Sequence record: NC_055780.1
Direction: 5' to 3' (one strand)
Source of the DNA: Escherichia phage MLF4
Length of the DNA: 64,000 bases
A program made the position numbers and the translations under genes. Position 1 is the stretch's first letter; the number at the start of each line of letters is the position of its first letter. Under the pieces are notes generated by a model that was not told where the DNA came from, made no database searches, and was given only the letters and a program-made list of their open reading frames with translations. Positions 46,310-56,877 of this stretch are shown here, piece after piece.

Positions 46310-46477
46310 ATGTCAGATAAGATTTGTGTTGTCTGTAAAACTCCAATCGATTCTGCATTGGTTGTTGAAACAGACAAAGGTCCTGTACATCCTGGGCCTT
46401 GTTATAATTACATTAAAGAACTACCAGTTTCAGAAAGTTCGGAAGAACAATTAAATGAAACACAACTTTTGCTATAG
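46310..46477 (+). CDS. Small Cys-containing protein (uvsY.-2-like), 55 aa
   Basis: Hand-translated MSDKICVVCKTPIDSALVVETDKGPVHPGPCYNYIKELPVSESSEEQLNETQLLL; RBS GAGGAG; below the 60-aa cutoff of the ORF track. Confidence 0.45.
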   Translation: MSDKICVVCKTPIDSALVVETDKGPVHPGPCYNYIKELPVSESSEEQLNETQLLL

Positions 46478-46532
46478 TGTGACCTTTAGTCTATAGTTTT
46501 GGCCCTTCCTTTTTGGTTGGGCCTTTTTTAAT

Positions 46533-46763
46533 TTAAAAGCTTTCTTCTACTTCATCGTCTGAATCTTCTAATTCAGCTCTTTTTCCTGCCAAAGCATCTC
46601 TCACAGAGATGTCATCAGTATCTTTTAATTCAGTTTCTTTGACTCTTTTCTTATAATAAGCTTCAAGTTCTTCTAAACCTTCTAATGTTTGACAAGAGGC
46701 AATTTTACCCATAAATTCATCAATAGAAGCTTCATAAAGAAATTGTTTAAATTCTAGTAACAT
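46533..46763 (-). CDS. UvsW.1 (small UvsW-associated protein)
   Basis: 76 aa from ATG at 46763 (MLLEFKQFLYE...), same size and position as T4 UvsW.1; acidic C-terminus. Confidence 0.7.
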   Translation of the reverse strand: MLLEFKQFLYEASIDEFMGKIASCQTLEGLEELEAYYKKRVKETELKDTDDISVRDALAGKRAELEDSDDEVEESF

Positions 46764-46788
46764 CTTTTTCTCCAAAGGGCCGAAGCCC

Positions 46789-48300
46789 TTATAAATTAAC
46801 TGTTTTCATTACGTAATTAAATTTTTCATCTGCGTAGCGCTGAATACGATCAATGCCGTGTTTTAAAAGATAGTTCAAATGAACATATTTCTTTTTCGTA
46901 TTAGCAGATTTTGGCTTAACGCCACAATCATCTATGAGGTCCCAGACGGTTGCTATTGTCTTAGAACCATGCTTACGTAATACACGACCGATTGTTTGTA
47001 ATACAATGATTTTTGATTTAACACCGTGCGCTAAAACAACGTGATGCAGATTTTTAACTGAAATACCAGTAGAAAATACACCATAACTAGCTACTATAAT
47101 TATTCCTTTACCATTTTCAGCTAAGGTTTTCATTATATTGCGGGTTTCGGTATCAACTTCCCCTGATACGTAATAAACTTTATCGTATTCATTTTTAATT
47201 AAATCGAAAATAGCTTTACCATGTGATACATGTTTAAACATGACAAAAGCGTTTTCATCTTTTTGTGCAAGCTTAATAGCTAATTTAGCGATCCATTTAT
47301 TTCTTTTACTAAGCCCAGTAATAATTTTTATTTCTTCTTGATAAGTTTTTCCCTTTAATTTAGTAGTGAACTCATCGGGATAGCGAAGAAAAATACTATT
47401 AATTTTTAGCTCAGTTACTTGTCCATCTTCCATTAACTTAGAAGTCGTTACTGGCTTAAATATTTCGCCAAACATTCCAACATACTGCATGATATTGGCT
47501 TTGCCGTCACGTAATGAACCAGATAGACCAAATTTGAACATGCAGTTATTTAAACCTGATATGATAGATGAAATACTTTTTCCTGTAGCAAGATGACATT
47601 CATCATTCATCATCATTCCAAACTGTGAGAACCATTCTTTTGGTTGTTTTACTACAGTTTGCCATGTACCAACAACGACTGGTGCATCATTTTTATATTT
47701 ATCATCTTTTGATGCTCCGCCACCAATTTTCTTTATCATTGCGTGACTGAATAAACGATAATCAACAAAGTCATCAGCCATCTGAGTTGTCAGAGCAGTT
47801 GTTGGAACAATGATAAGAATTTTACCTTCATAATTTTCCAAATAATATCGCGCAAGCAAAGCTTGAATTAAAGATTTACCTGCAGATGTTGGAAGATTAA
47901 GAATTCTACGACGATTAACTAATCCTTCGAACACTGCATCTTTTTGATACCAGTGTGGTTCAATTCTTTTATTTCCTGAATAGATTTCTAATTTAGAAAG
48001 CCATTCATCAAAATCTTTTCTTGATAATTCTTCTTTTTCGTTAATTTGCGGGTCAATCCAGGCTTTATAGCCAAAGTTATCACAGAACTTTTTAATTTGC
48101 CCGACTAAGCCGAATGGAAGAAGACGATTATAATCTAAAAGACGGATTCGTCCATCCCAGTGGCCATATTTGTATTTCGGATTAAAACGATACCCATCAG
48201 CTTCAAAGCTAAAGAAATCACGGAGTTCATGAAATGTACTTTCTTCACAATCAATTCTCACGTGACTAAAATCATAAAAATGTACTTTAATGTCAGTCAT
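46789..48300 (-). CDS. uvsW: UvsW DNA/RNA helicase (SF2)
   Basis: 503 aa; Walker A PTSAGKS and DECH box; synteny uvsY-uvsW. Confidence 0.9.
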   Translation of the reverse strand: MTDIKVHFYDFSHVRIDCEESTFHELRDFFSFEADGYRFNPKYKYGHWDGRIRLLDYNRLLPFGLVGQIKKFCDNFGYKAWIDPQINEKEELSRKDFDEWLSKLEIYSGNKRIEPHWYQKDAVFEGLVNRRRILNLPTSAGKSLIQALLARYYLENYEGKILIIVPTTALTTQMADDFVDYRLFSHAMIKKIGGGASKDDKYKNDAPVVVGTWQTVVKQPKEWFSQFGMMMNDECHLATGKSISSIISGLNNCMFKFGLSGSLRDGKANIMQYVGMFGEIFKPVTTSKLMEDGQVTELKINSIFLRYPDEFTTKLKGKTYQEEIKIITGLSKRNKWIAKLAIKLAQKDENAFVMFKHVSHGKAIFDLIKNEYDKVYYVSGEVDTETRNIMKTLAENGKGIIIVASYGVFSTGISVKNLHHVVLAHGVKSKIIVLQTIGRVLRKHGSKTIATVWDLIDDCGVKPKSANTKKKYVHLNYLLKHGIDRIQRYADEKFNYVMKTVNL

Positions 48301-48329
48301 GTCTAAATACCATGTAATAAATATATCTA

Positions 48330-48337
48330 TATTTATA
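48330..48337 (-). promoter_or_regulatory. Late promoter TATAAATA for uvsW
   Basis: Plus-strand TATTTATA about 30 nt upstream of the uvsW ATG. Confidence 0.55.
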
Positions 48338-48350
48338 CTGAGGAAATATT

Positions 48351-49031
48351 ATGATAGATAAAGATTATATTGCAGAGCTGAAGGCTCTTGATGATAATAA
48401 AGAAGCTAAAGCTAAATTAGCTGAATATGCTGAACAGTTTGGTATAAAGGTCAAAAAGAATAAATCTTTTGATAATATCGTTGTTGATATTGAAGAAGCT
48501 CTCCAGAAGCTCGCTAGTGAACCTATGCCAGAGACTGATGGGTTATCTATTAAAGACTTAATTGATGCTGCTGATGCTGCAGAGGGATTAAAATATGACG
48601 ATGAAGAAGTCAATCCAGAGGCAGCACTTCTGATTGATTCTCCGGTTAAATCTGACATTAAAATTGAAGTAGTAGAAACGGATAAAATTCCTGAAAATAC
48701 CGATGTTTTGATTGAAGATACTCCTTTTGTTGAAGAAAAATTCGAACAGGCTGTAGCTGAGATTATTGAATCTGAAAAGCCGTCTGTATTTACTCTTCCG
48801 GAAAACTTTAGTCCGAATCTTCAGCTGATTGGAAAAAATCCAGGATTCTGCACTGTTCCTTGGTGGATTTATCAATGGATCGCTGAAACTCCGGATTGGA
48901 AATCTCGTCCAACCAGTTTTGAGCATGCTTCTGCACACCAAACATTATTTAGCTTAATTTATTACATTAATCGCGATGGATCAGTTTTAATTCGTGAAAC
49001 TCGTAATTCTTCTTTCGTAACATTAAAATAA
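48351..49031 (+). CDS. inh: Inh, inhibitor of prohead protease (probable)
   Basis: 226 aa ORF (same size as T4 Inh) immediately upstream of hoc; acidic, internal-protein-like composition. Confidence 0.65.
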   Translation: MIDKDYIAELKALDDNKEAKAKLAEYAEQFGIKVKKNKSFDNIVVDIEEALQKLASEPMPETDGLSIKDLIDAADAAEGLKYDDEEVNPEAALLIDSPVKSDIKIEVVETDKIPENTDVLIEDTPFVEEKFEQAVAEIIESEKPSVFTLPENFSPNLQLIGKNPGFCTVPWWIYQWIAETPDWKSRPTSFEHASAHQTLFSLIYYINRDGSVLIRETRNSSFVTLK

Positions 49032-49040
49032 GGATAACTT

Positions 49041-50171
49041 ATGGCTTTTACAGTTGATATAACTCCTAAAACACCTACTGGAGTTATAGATGAGACTAAG
49101 CAGTTTACTGCTACGCCCAGTGGTCAAACTGGAGATGGACCTATTACCTATGCTTGGACTGTTGATGATGCACCGCAGGAAGAAACGTCTGCAACTTTTA
49201 GTTATGTACTAAAAGGTCCTGCTGGACAAAAGACTATTAAGGTAGTTGCAACAAATCCAGTTCCTGATTCTGAAGCTGAAACAGCTGAAATTAGTACAAC
49301 TATCACAGTTCAAAATAAGACACAGACAACTACCTTGGCAGTAACTCCTGATAGTCCTGCTGCTGGAGTGATTGGAACAGCTGTTGAATTTACCGCTGCC
49401 TTAGCTTCTCAACCATCAGGCGCATCTGCTACGTATCAATGGTATGTAGATGATTCTCAAATTGGTGGAGAAACTAACACCACATTTAGTTATACTCCTA
49501 CTACAAGTGGAGTAAAACGAATTAAATGCGTAGCCCAAGTGACGGCAACGGATTATGACGCAAAAGAAGTTACTTCGAATGAAGTATCATTAACGGTTAA
49601 TAAGAAGACAATGAATCCACAGGTTACATTGACTCCTCCTTCTATTAACGTTCAACAAGATGCTTCGGCTACATTTACTGCTAATGTCACTGATGCTCCA
49701 GAAGAAGCGCAAATTGCGTATTCATGGAAGAAAGATTCTTCTCCTGTAGAAGGGTCAACTAATGTATATACCGTTGATACCTCATCTATTGGAAGTCAAA
49801 CTATTGAAGTTACTGCAACTGTTACTGCTGCTGATTATGATAGCAAAACTATTACGGCGGAAGGTCAAGTTCAGGTAACTGATAAAGTTGCTCCAGAGCC
49901 AGAAGGTGAATTGCCTTATGTTCATCCTCTTCCACATCGTACTTCAGCTTACATCTGGTGCGGTTGGTGGGTTATGGATGAAATCCAAAAAATGACCGAA
50001 GAAGGTAAAGATTGGAAAACTGATGATCCAGATAGTAAGTACTACTTGCATCGTTACACTCTTCAGAAAATGATGAAAGATTATCCAGAAGTTGATGTTC
50101 AAGAATCGCGTAATGGATACATCATTCACAAAACTGCTTTAGAAACTGGTATCATCTATACCTATCCATAA
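49041..50171 (+). CDS. hoc: Hoc, outer capsid decoration protein with Ig-like domains
   Basis: 376 aa (same as T4 Hoc); repeated Thr/Val-rich Ig-like segments; synteny inh-hoc. Confidence 0.85.
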   Translation: MAFTVDITPKTPTGVIDETKQFTATPSGQTGDGPITYAWTVDDAPQEETSATFSYVLKGPAGQKTIKVVATNPVPDSEAETAEISTTITVQNKTQTTTLAVTPDSPAAGVIGTAVEFTAALASQPSGASATYQWYVDDSQIGGETNTTFSYTPTTSGVKRIKCVAQVTATDYDAKEVTSNEVSLTVNKKTMNPQVTLTPPSINVQQDASATFTANVTDAPEEAQIAYSWKKDSSPVEGSTNVYTVDTSSIGSQTIEVTATVTAADYDSKTITAEGQVQVTDKVAPEPEGELPYVHPLPHRTSAYIWCGWWVMDEIQKMTEEGKDWKTDDPDSKYYLHRYTLQKMMKDYPEVDVQESRNGYIIHKTALETGIIYTYP

Positions 50172-50176
50172 TCATA

Positions 50177-50196
50177 AGGGGCTTCGGCCCTTTTTT
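50177..50196 (+). terminator. Intrinsic terminator after hoc
   Basis: AGGGGC-TTCG-GCCCCT followed by TTTTTT. Confidence 0.75.
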
Positions 50197-50259
50197 CATT
50201 TTGAAAGCACACAAAACACAATCAGAAAATGGTGTATATAATGGCACCAACTCGATAAC

Positions 50260-50475
50260 ATGAGATTGATTATGAGAACTGAGGTTGTGGTGTTTACTCT
50301 TCATGAGTCTGGAAAGTCATTCATTGAAATTGCTCGTGAATTAAACTTACAGGCGAAAGAAGTGGCTGCATTATGGGCTCGAGCTATGACTGCTAAGAAT
50401 AAATTTGAAACTCGAGAAAAAGTTGTCTATAGAAAAAGACATATCAATAAAAAGGTGAAAAATGGAACAGTATGA
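50260..50475 (+). CDS. Hypothetical small protein (24.3-like position)
   Basis: 71 aa ORF; TATAAT-like box upstream. Confidence 0.45.
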   Translation: MRLIMRTEVVVFTLHESGKSFIEIARELNLQAKEVAALWARAMTAKNKFETREKVVYRKRHINKKVKNGTV

Positions 50476-50740
50476 TCTTTATGAAAATGAATCTTTTGCT
50501 AATCAATTACGTGAAAAAGCATTAAAAAGTAAACAGTTTAAGCTAGAGTGTTTTATTAAAGATTTTTCAGAACTTGCTAATAAAGCAGCTGAACAAGGTA
50601 AAACATATTTTAGTTATTATTGTACTGCTCGCGATAAATTGATTACTGAAGAAATTGGTGATTGGTTGAGAAAAGAAGGATTCAGCTTTAAAGTTAATAG
50701 TGATCAGCGTGATGGTGATTGGTTAGAAATTACATTTTGA
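50462..50740 (+). CDS. Hypothetical protein (24.2-like position)
   Basis: 92 aa ORF. Confidence 0.5.
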   Translation: MEQYDLYENESFANQLREKALKSKQFKLECFIKDFSELANKAAEQGKTYFSYYCTARDKLITEEIGDWLRKEGFSFKVNSDQRDGDWLEITF

Positions 50741-50749
50741 GGATTAATT

Positions 50750-51754
50750 ATGTTTAAAAAGTATAGCAGTCTTGAAAATCATTACAACTCTAAATTTATT
50801 GAAAAACTTTATAGCTTGGGATTGACTGGTGGGGAGTGGGTAGCTCGTGAAAAGATTCACGGCACAAATTTCTCATTGATTATTGAGCGTGATAAAGTAA
50901 CTTGCGCTAAACGCACTGGTCCTATTCTTCCTACTGAAGATTTCTTTGGGTATGAAATTATTCTAAAGAATTACGCTGATTCCATTAAAGCAGTACAAGA
51001 TATTATGGAAACTTCAGCGGTTGTATCTTATCAAGTCTTTGGCGAATTCGCTGGACCTGGCATTCAGAAGAATGTTGATTATGGTGATAAAGATTTTTAT
51101 GTATTTGACATTATTGTCACTACAGAAAGTGGTGATGTGACTTATGTCGATGATTATATGATGGAATCATTCTGTAATACATTTAAATTTAAAATGGCTC
51201 CACTTTTAGGTCGCGGTAAATTTGAAGAGCTTATTAAATTGCCAAATGATTTAGATTCTGTCGTCCAAGATTATAATTTTACAGTAGACCATGCTGGATT
51301 AGTTGATGCAAATAAATGCGTTTGGAATGCCGAAGCAAAAGGCGAAGTATTTACTGCTGAAGGATATGTATTGAAACCTTGTTATCCTTCTTGGCTGCCT
51401 AATCGCAATCGTGTGGCCATCAAATGCAAGAACTCTAAATTTAGTGAAAAGAAAAAGTCTGATAAGCCTATTAAAGTTAAAGTTGAATTGTCAGAAGCTG
51501 ATAATAAATTGGTTGGAATTTTAGCTTGTTATGTTACATTGAACCGAGTAAATAACGTTATTTCCAAAATTGGCGAAATTAGTCCAAAAGATTTTGGAAA
51601 GGTGATGGGATTAACTGTTCAAGATATTTTGGAAGAAACTTCTCGTGAAGGTATTACTCTAACCCAAGCGGATAATCCTTCTTTGGTTAAAAAGGAATTA
51701 GTTAAAATGGTACAAGATGTACTTCGTCCGGCTTGGATTGAGTTAGTGAGCTAA
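50750..51754 (+). CDS. rnlB: RNA ligase 2
   Basis: 334 aa (same as T4 Rnl2); nucleotidyltransferase motif I KIHGTN near the N-terminus. Confidence 0.88.
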   Translation: MFKKYSSLENHYNSKFIEKLYSLGLTGGEWVAREKIHGTNFSLIIERDKVTCAKRTGPILPTEDFFGYEIILKNYADSIKAVQDIMETSAVVSYQVFGEFAGPGIQKNVDYGDKDFYVFDIIVTTESGDVTYVDDYMMESFCNTFKFKMAPLLGRGKFEELIKLPNDLDSVVQDYNFTVDHAGLVDANKCVWNAEAKGEVFTAEGYVLKPCYPSWLPNRNRVAIKCKNSKFSEKKKSDKPIKVKVELSEADNKLVGILACYVTLNRVNNVISKIGEISPKDFGKVMGLTVQDILEETSREGITLTQADNPSLVKKELVKMVQDVLRPAWIELVS

Positions 51755-51758
51755 ATAA

Positions 51759-51784
51759 AAAGGGACCTTTCGGTCCCTTTGTTT
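51759..51784. terminator. Bidirectional terminator at the convergent rnlB / gene 24 junction
   Basis: AAAGGGACC-TTTC-GGTCCCTTT stem-loop with T-runs. Confidence 0.65.
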
Positions 51785-53067
51785 TATTCATCAATGATAA
51801 TTTTTGGTAGCTTAACACCTAATAAAACGGACAAATCTGAACGACCCGCCATTTTATCCATGTCTCCACCATCAATTACTCTTGCTTCTTTTTCATCTTT
51901 TGCTACGGTGTAAGGATTTGCAGATAAAGCATATCTAACTAATAAACCGATAGACGGTTGTAAGCTTTCTGGATCAACCACAACTTTAAATGCACCTACA
52001 TGTTCAGGGTCATCTAAGTCGAGACCTTCTGTATACGGAGCATAGAAAATTGATCCAACAATTTCTTTTTCACCGATATTTTCTACTACGCCAACGATTA
52101 CATAATCTAATGGGCTGTTAGTATCGCAATAAAGCGGTAAACCATTAGCTAAGAACCCATAGGCATTTTGTGAAAGATACTTGTCATCTTCTGGTTTATG
52201 TTTTAACCAACCAGATGCAGCAAGAATCGCAGCGGCACGAGCAGAAGCAACACAGAACGTTGCTGTATAAGTTGATTCTTTTTGGATATGCGAAACCATT
52301 TCGCATACCATTCGGTATAATGAACGACCAGCTTCAGGTGCAGATGCATAACTCAAATCAATGAATCCAGTATCAGTAATTCCTGTAACTTTATAACGTT
52401 TTGATACTGTAATCAAAGACTGCAGAATATCTTTATTGATTTCATCTGCCATTTCAGTTGCAAGCAAATCTTCTAAGAAATTAGGAGCATCGAATCCATT
52501 TGCTTCTAAATCTTGTGCTAATTCAACCGTGATACCAGTTTTAAGTTTACGAGATTTAACTGCGGTTTGCCATTTATTAATCTGGAATCTAGCATCCGCA
52601 ATTTCACTATCAGAGCTTTCAAATTTGCTTGTTGACGCTGCGTCAGAAAATAGACGAACCTTTAAAAGAACAATTGCAATCTGAAGAGCTAATTCTAAAT
52701 CACTTTCTTCAATATCAGCAAATGGTGTATCTTCTAATACTTTATAAACGATATTATTATATTTGAATAAATCGCCTTTATTGAGAGTTAATTTAGACTC
52801 TTCTGTTAATTCTGTGATTTTTTCTCGGTCTACATATCCAGCTTCGCCAGCATAAGTAGCACCAGTTTTAAATGTAAATTCGTTGTCTGGGTTAAGGTAT
52901 TTGATACCATAAAAAGCAGCAACAGGTTGATTAGTTCTTTGCGTTGCTACAATGTCAGAATATATTAATTTAGTGGTAGCGCGAGTCAAAGCAACGAGAT
53001 TTGGGCGACCGATTGAGTTGCTATTCGTTGTGGTTGATTCGCGCAGAAGTTCGTTGATTTTAGCCAT
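51784..53067 (-). CDS. 24: Head vertex protein gp24
   Basis: 427 aa (same as T4 gp24), capsid-protein-like, synteny 23-24. Confidence 0.88.
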   Translation of the reverse strand: MAKINELLRESTTTNSNSIGRPNLVALTRATTKLIYSDIVATQRTNQPVAAFYGIKYLNPDNEFTFKTGATYAGEAGYVDREKITELTEESKLTLNKGDLFKYNNIVYKVLEDTPFADIEESDLELALQIAIVLLKVRLFSDAASTSKFESSDSEIADARFQINKWQTAVKSRKLKTGITVELAQDLEANGFDAPNFLEDLLATEMADEINKDILQSLITVSKRYKVTGITDTGFIDLSYASAPEAGRSLYRMVCEMVSHIQKESTYTATFCVASARAAAILAASGWLKHKPEDDKYLSQNAYGFLANGLPLYCDTNSPLDYVIVGVVENIGEKEIVGSIFYAPYTEGLDLDDPEHVGAFKVVVDPESLQPSIGLLVRYALSANPYTVAKDEKEARVIDGGDMDKMAGRSDLSVLLGVKLPKIIIDE

Positions 53068-53094
53068 TGCGCTTTCCTTTTGGTTTATATGATT

Positions 53095-53102
53095 TATTTA
53101 TA
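53095..53102 (-). promoter_or_regulatory. Late promoter TATAAATA for gene 24
   Basis: Plus-strand TATTTATA about 30 nt upstream of the gp24 ATG. Confidence 0.6.
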
Positions 53103-53116
53103 CCATAAAAACAACT

Positions 53117-53138
53117 AAAGGGACCCGAAGGTCCCTTA
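53117..53138 (-). terminator. Terminator after gene 23
   Basis: Minus-strand AGGGACC-TTCG-GGTCCCT followed by T-rich tract, between gene 23 stop and gene 24 promoter. Confidence 0.6.
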
Positions 53139-53150
53139 AATCGTCAAAGA

Positions 53151-54716
53151 TTAGATACCTTTAACATATACACGGCGGAAGTAAGCGTTTTTACCAAGGC
53201 TATTCAGAATAGAAGGCATACCGCTCTGGATGCGAGAAGCCGGAGCCTGAGCAGCGGATTCTGCAAATGGGTTGATACCGATACCGTAACGAGTTTTGAA
53301 CCCCATTACCGGTTGGAAGTTCTTCGGATCGGAACCACGCAGCGGAGTCAGAGCTACATATGGAGCATAGTAAATACCAGCATCCATTTCGTTCGGACCT
53401 TTATAACCTACAGTGAAATAATCCTGTTTAGCATACTGGTCGATATATACGCGGTATTTACCACCCAGAACACCAGCAAATACTGACTTGGTAGTATCAG
53501 TGTTAAAGCCGGTAGCCAGACCTTGTGCAGCATAAGAAATGCCGGTATCAACTGAAGCCAGAACGTTAACTACGTTACGGGAAGCGATAATGAAGTTACC
53601 TTCACCACGACCGGTCTGACGAGCAATTTCAACTGCTTCTTTGTCAATCTGGAACAACAGAGCTTTAAAGGATTCACCCGCCCAGCGAGCACCACGAATA
53701 TCGATTGGGTCCTGGAAGTCAAATACACCAGCTTTAGAACCCGGAGTCAGGGTCATACCAGATTTACCAACCTGCGCTGAGTAGTTAATCCAATCAACAA
53801 CTTCGCGGTTGATTTCCAGCATAATTTCGGTAGCCAGAATACCGGACAGTTCAGCATCAGCATCCATACCGTGAACAGCGCGAAGGTCTTGTGCTAATTC
53901 AATAGAGTAAGCAGCTTTCAGCTGACGAGATTTAGCTTCGATAACTTGTTTATCGATACGGAAGCCCATTTCATTCCATGGGTTATCGGTAGAACCGTTA
54001 AAACCTTCCTGAAGTTCAGCGATAGAAGTAGCCATACCTTCAGCGATTTCTACCAGTACACCTGCTTCCATTTGTTTCTTAATTTCAGCATCTAATTTAG
54101 CTGCATCATTTGCACTAGAATCAATTGTCACAACAGCTGAAGCTTGCAGATATACAGTACCGGTTTCCTGGAAGAAGTGAGTATAGATATCACCTACAAC
54201 AGTTTCAGTACTAGCAGCCAGAGCTGGGAATTTCTTAGCAGCACCCTGACCAGAGAACATTGCATCTGGACCATACATTGGGTGGAATGCTTCTTTAGCG
54301 CCGGAAGCGATTGGGTCTTTACCATATACTGCGCGCAGTGCGAATACCTGACCAGTCGGGCTGTTCATCGGCTGAACACCGCAAATATCGAAAGCAATCA
54401 GGTTAGGAATAGCACGACGTACCATACCCATAACAGCCGGGCCAATCTGGGTTACTGCGCCAGAAGTCTGACCTGCAGCGATGTTGGTAGCATTGTAACC
54501 GTGGTCACCACCAATTTCAGCTTCTGTTAAGAAAGAACCGAATGCCTGAGCAATTTTTTCGTCTTTATATTCCGGAGCTGTCTGGAAATCTTTTTCCTGG
54601 TTTTCAAAGATTTTAGCGATAATCGCTTGTTTGCTATTAGCAATTTCCGGTAAACCTTCACCTTCCAGTAATGGCTTCCATTTGTTCAAAAGTTCAGCTT
54701 TAGTTTTGATAGTCAT
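53151..54716 (-). CDS. 23: Major capsid protein gp23
   Basis: 521 aa (same as T4 gp23); sequence ...AEIGGDHGYNATNIAAGQTSGAVTQIGPAVMGMVRRAIPNLIAFDICGVQPMNSPTGQVF... recognisable as gp23. Confidence 0.95.
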   Translation of the reverse strand: MTIKTKAELLNKWKPLLEGEGLPEIANSKQAIIAKIFENQEKDFQTAPEYKDEKIAQAFGSFLTEAEIGGDHGYNATNIAAGQTSGAVTQIGPAVMGMVRRAIPNLIAFDICGVQPMNSPTGQVFALRAVYGKDPIASGAKEAFHPMYGPDAMFSGQGAAKKFPALAASTETVVGDIYTHFFQETGTVYLQASAVVTIDSSANDAAKLDAEIKKQMEAGVLVEIAEGMATSIAELQEGFNGSTDNPWNEMGFRIDKQVIEAKSRQLKAAYSIELAQDLRAVHGMDADAELSGILATEIMLEINREVVDWINYSAQVGKSGMTLTPGSKAGVFDFQDPIDIRGARWAGESFKALLFQIDKEAVEIARQTGRGEGNFIIASRNVVNVLASVDTGISYAAQGLATGFNTDTTKSVFAGVLGGKYRVYIDQYAKQDYFTVGYKGPNEMDAGIYYAPYVALTPLRGSDPKNFQPVMGFKTRYGIGINPFAESAAQAPASRIQSGMPSILNSLGKNAYFRRVYVKGI

Positions 54717-54734
54717 TTGTGTTAACCTTTAAAA

Positions 54735-55544
54735 TTAGAAACGAGATGCGACTTTCGCATATACACTTACAATATCTTCTGCACCTTGTGCAGATTTATC
54801 TTCTACAGCTTCAGTGACGAAATTCAGTCCGGCTGCTTCAGTATCAGGAGTATTTATACTCTCAGTAATAGTGCTTTCATCTTTATTAGATTTCTTCACC
54901 ATTTCTACGATTGCACTCAATTTACTTGAGAATGCATCTGAATAATCAATACCTTCGACCAGAGCAGAGACTTTTTCTTTTTGAGACTCAGTCAGATCTT
55001 TAGTACTTTCGCTCAATGCCACTTCACGCTGCACATAATTGATATATGCGTCACGCTTATTGAGTTCTTCGAACAGACGAGCTGATTCTTCTTTGTGTTC
55101 TTGCAGTTCTTCTTCCATTTCAGCTACAACATCAACTGATTCTTCTGGAACAACAACGTTGTGTTCAACGAAGAGCTCTTTCAATCCACCAAGCATGGAT
55201 TCAAACAGTTCGGCTTTGATGCCTTTATCTACTGCTAATTTATTTTCAGTGAGCCATTCTTTTGCAAGATGGTCAAGGAATTTAGAAGCTTGCTCAGCGA
55301 TTTTCTTCTCAGCTTTTTCTTCTGCTTCTTCTTTATTTTTTTCTACTTCTTCTTCTGCTTTTTCAGCAATTTTAGCGATATGAGATTCAGCTAATTTAAC
55401 GGCGTGCTGCTTGACGGTAGCTTCGAATACAGTGCCGAAAGTTTCTTTTGCTTCCGGAGAAATATTAACTGATTCGAAAATACTATCAAGAGCAACGGAA
55501 GCATCAATTTTCTGCGCTTCGGCAATCAGTTGTTCTTTAAGCAT
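54735..55544 (-). CDS. 22: Prohead core scaffold protein gp22
   Basis: 269 aa (same as T4 gp22); highly charged Glu/Lys-rich coiled-coil composition. Confidence 0.88.
   Translation of the reverse strand: MLKEQLIAEAQKIDASVALDSIFESVNISPEAKETFGTVFEATVKQHAVKLAESHIAKIAEKAEEEVEKNKEEAEEKAEKKIAEQASKFLDHLAKEWLTENKLAVDKGIKAELFESMLGGLKELFVEHNVVVPEESVDVVAEMEEELQEHKEESARLFEELNKRDAYINYVQREVALSESTKDLTESQKEKVSALVEGIDYSDAFSSKLSAIVEMVKKSNKDESTITESINTPDTEAAGLNFVTEAVEDKSAQGAEDIVSVYAKVASRF
54851..54858 (-). promoter_or_regulatory. Late promoter TATAAATA for gene 23, inside the gene 22 coding region
   Basis: Plus-strand TATTTATA about 135 nt upstream of the gp23 ATG. Confidence 0.55.
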
Positions 55545-55571
55545 TTTGTAGTCCTGTTGTTTAGATAATAA

Positions 55572-55579
55572 TATTTATA
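55572..55579 (-). promoter_or_regulatory. Late promoter TATAAATA for gene 22
   Basis: Plus-strand TATTTATA overlapping the gene 21 stop codon, about 28 nt upstream of the gp22 ATG. Confidence 0.6.
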
Positions 55580-56213
55580 ACGCTTTTTTCATGGCCTCTG
55601 CGAGAGCCATATAGGCGTCATCGGCACTTGTATCGGCTTCCGCCGTCTGTGATTCGGTAATTTCCTTAGGAGTTACCCATGCATCTGGAGCACTTGGACC
55701 CCATACTGCATCAACACCTACAGTTAATTTGAATCCTTCGTTTACGATACGATAACCTTTATTTGTGTCAGTCAATGAACCTAATCCACGAGAAGAAACT
55801 CCTGGAATCCATCCGGCACGAATATTAGCTGCTAATTTATCTCCAGGACCATGGTCACCTTCAATAACACGAGCTCGTCCGTATACGTCATTTCCTTTCC
55901 ACCACATATCTTCTATAATGATAGCGGCTTGCATCGGGTCAACATTAGCGCGTGGAGGATGATTTAATTCTCCGAGAGCTTGTTTAGTTAAAACTTGCTC
56001 ATTAATATAGTCTTTTACCGCTTTTTCTAATATGCGTTTTGGATAAAGACGTTTATTTCTATTGACGACTTCCGCTTGCATAAATATTCCTTCGATGTAT
56101 AAACCAGGTTTTAAACCTAAGTCTTTTCCATCATGAGATTCAAGCATTGGTACGCCATCAATAATTTCGCCAGGTTGACCCCAAGTTTCAATTAGTAATT
56201 GGGGTTCATTCAT
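55575..56213 (-). CDS. 21: Prohead protease gp21
   Basis: 212 aa (same as T4 gp21), synteny 68-21-22. Confidence 0.88.
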   Translation of the reverse strand: MNEPQLLIETWGQPGEIIDGVPMLESHDGKDLGLKPGLYIEGIFMQAEVVNRNKRLYPKRILEKAVKDYINEQVLTKQALGELNHPPRANVDPMQAAIIIEDMWWKGNDVYGRARVIEGDHGPGDKLAANIRAGWIPGVSSRGLGSLTDTNKGYRIVNEGFKLTVGVDAVWGPSAPDAWVTPKEITESQTAEADTSADDAYMALAEAMKKAL

Positions 56214-56638
56214 TAGCTTAATCCTAATGCTTTACGGCGTTTAAGAGCTTTTTTACGCTTACGCTGAGCACGAGATTGACCTGCTGGATTGGCAATCTTC
56301 GTTTTGGTAGCTTTACGAGCAATTTGTCTACGTTTTGCTTTAGACAACCCGGTAGTTTGAAATGCATTACGTTCGCGGGTTTTGCGATCTTTAGTGCGAG
56401 TAATTTCACCACGGGCAGAAACATGTTTAACGATGAATTCATTTAACGGCATATTTTCATTAATAGAAGCTAATGCAACCGCTAAATCAGTTTCATCATC
56501 AAGCATATTCTCGATAATTTTATTTATATCGTCTTTATTTAAAGCAGAAGACAACTCGTCAAAGCGACCCTGTGCTTCAGGAATAAGTGCTTCGACATTC
56601 TCGAGAACTAATTCATGAGTTTCAGGGATTAGAATCAT
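56213..56638 (-). CDS. 68: Prohead core protein gp68
   Basis: 141 aa (same as T4 gp68). Confidence 0.8.
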   Translation of the reverse strand: MILIPETHELVLENVEALIPEAQGRFDELSSALNKDDINKIIENMLDDETDLAVALASINENMPLNEFIVKHVSARGEITRTKDRKTRERNAFQTTGLSKAKRRQIARKATKTKIANPAGQSRAQRKRKKALKRRKALGLS

Positions 56639-56876
56639 TATTCATCATCCTCGTCTTCGTCAGAGTCTTTGTCTTTTTTGTCGTCTTTATCATCGCTATC
56701 TTCGTCATCATCTTCATCTTCATCTTCAGGTTCTTCACCTTCGATTAAGAAATTACGAGCGATAGTGATTTTTTCTTCTTTGATTAAATCAGTCGTTCTT
56801 GCAGCCATGGCTTCAGCAAATAATTTACGAGCGGCTACGAGGTCGTTTGATTTAATAGCTTCAATTAAACCTTCCA

Positions 56877-56877
<1 letters not shown>
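56638..56877 (-). CDS. 67: Prohead core protein gp67
   Basis: 79 aa with poly-acidic C-terminus; synteny 20-67-68. Confidence 0.8.

Noticed and set aside
48365-48941. Minus-strand ORFs (97 and 117 aa) opposite inh
   Set aside because: Embedded antisense ORFs within the inh coding region, with no RBS or promoter support.
55039-55383. Plus-strand Ser-rich ORF inside gene 22
   Set aside because: Antisense to the Glu/Lys-rich gp22 scaffold gene; a compositional artefact.
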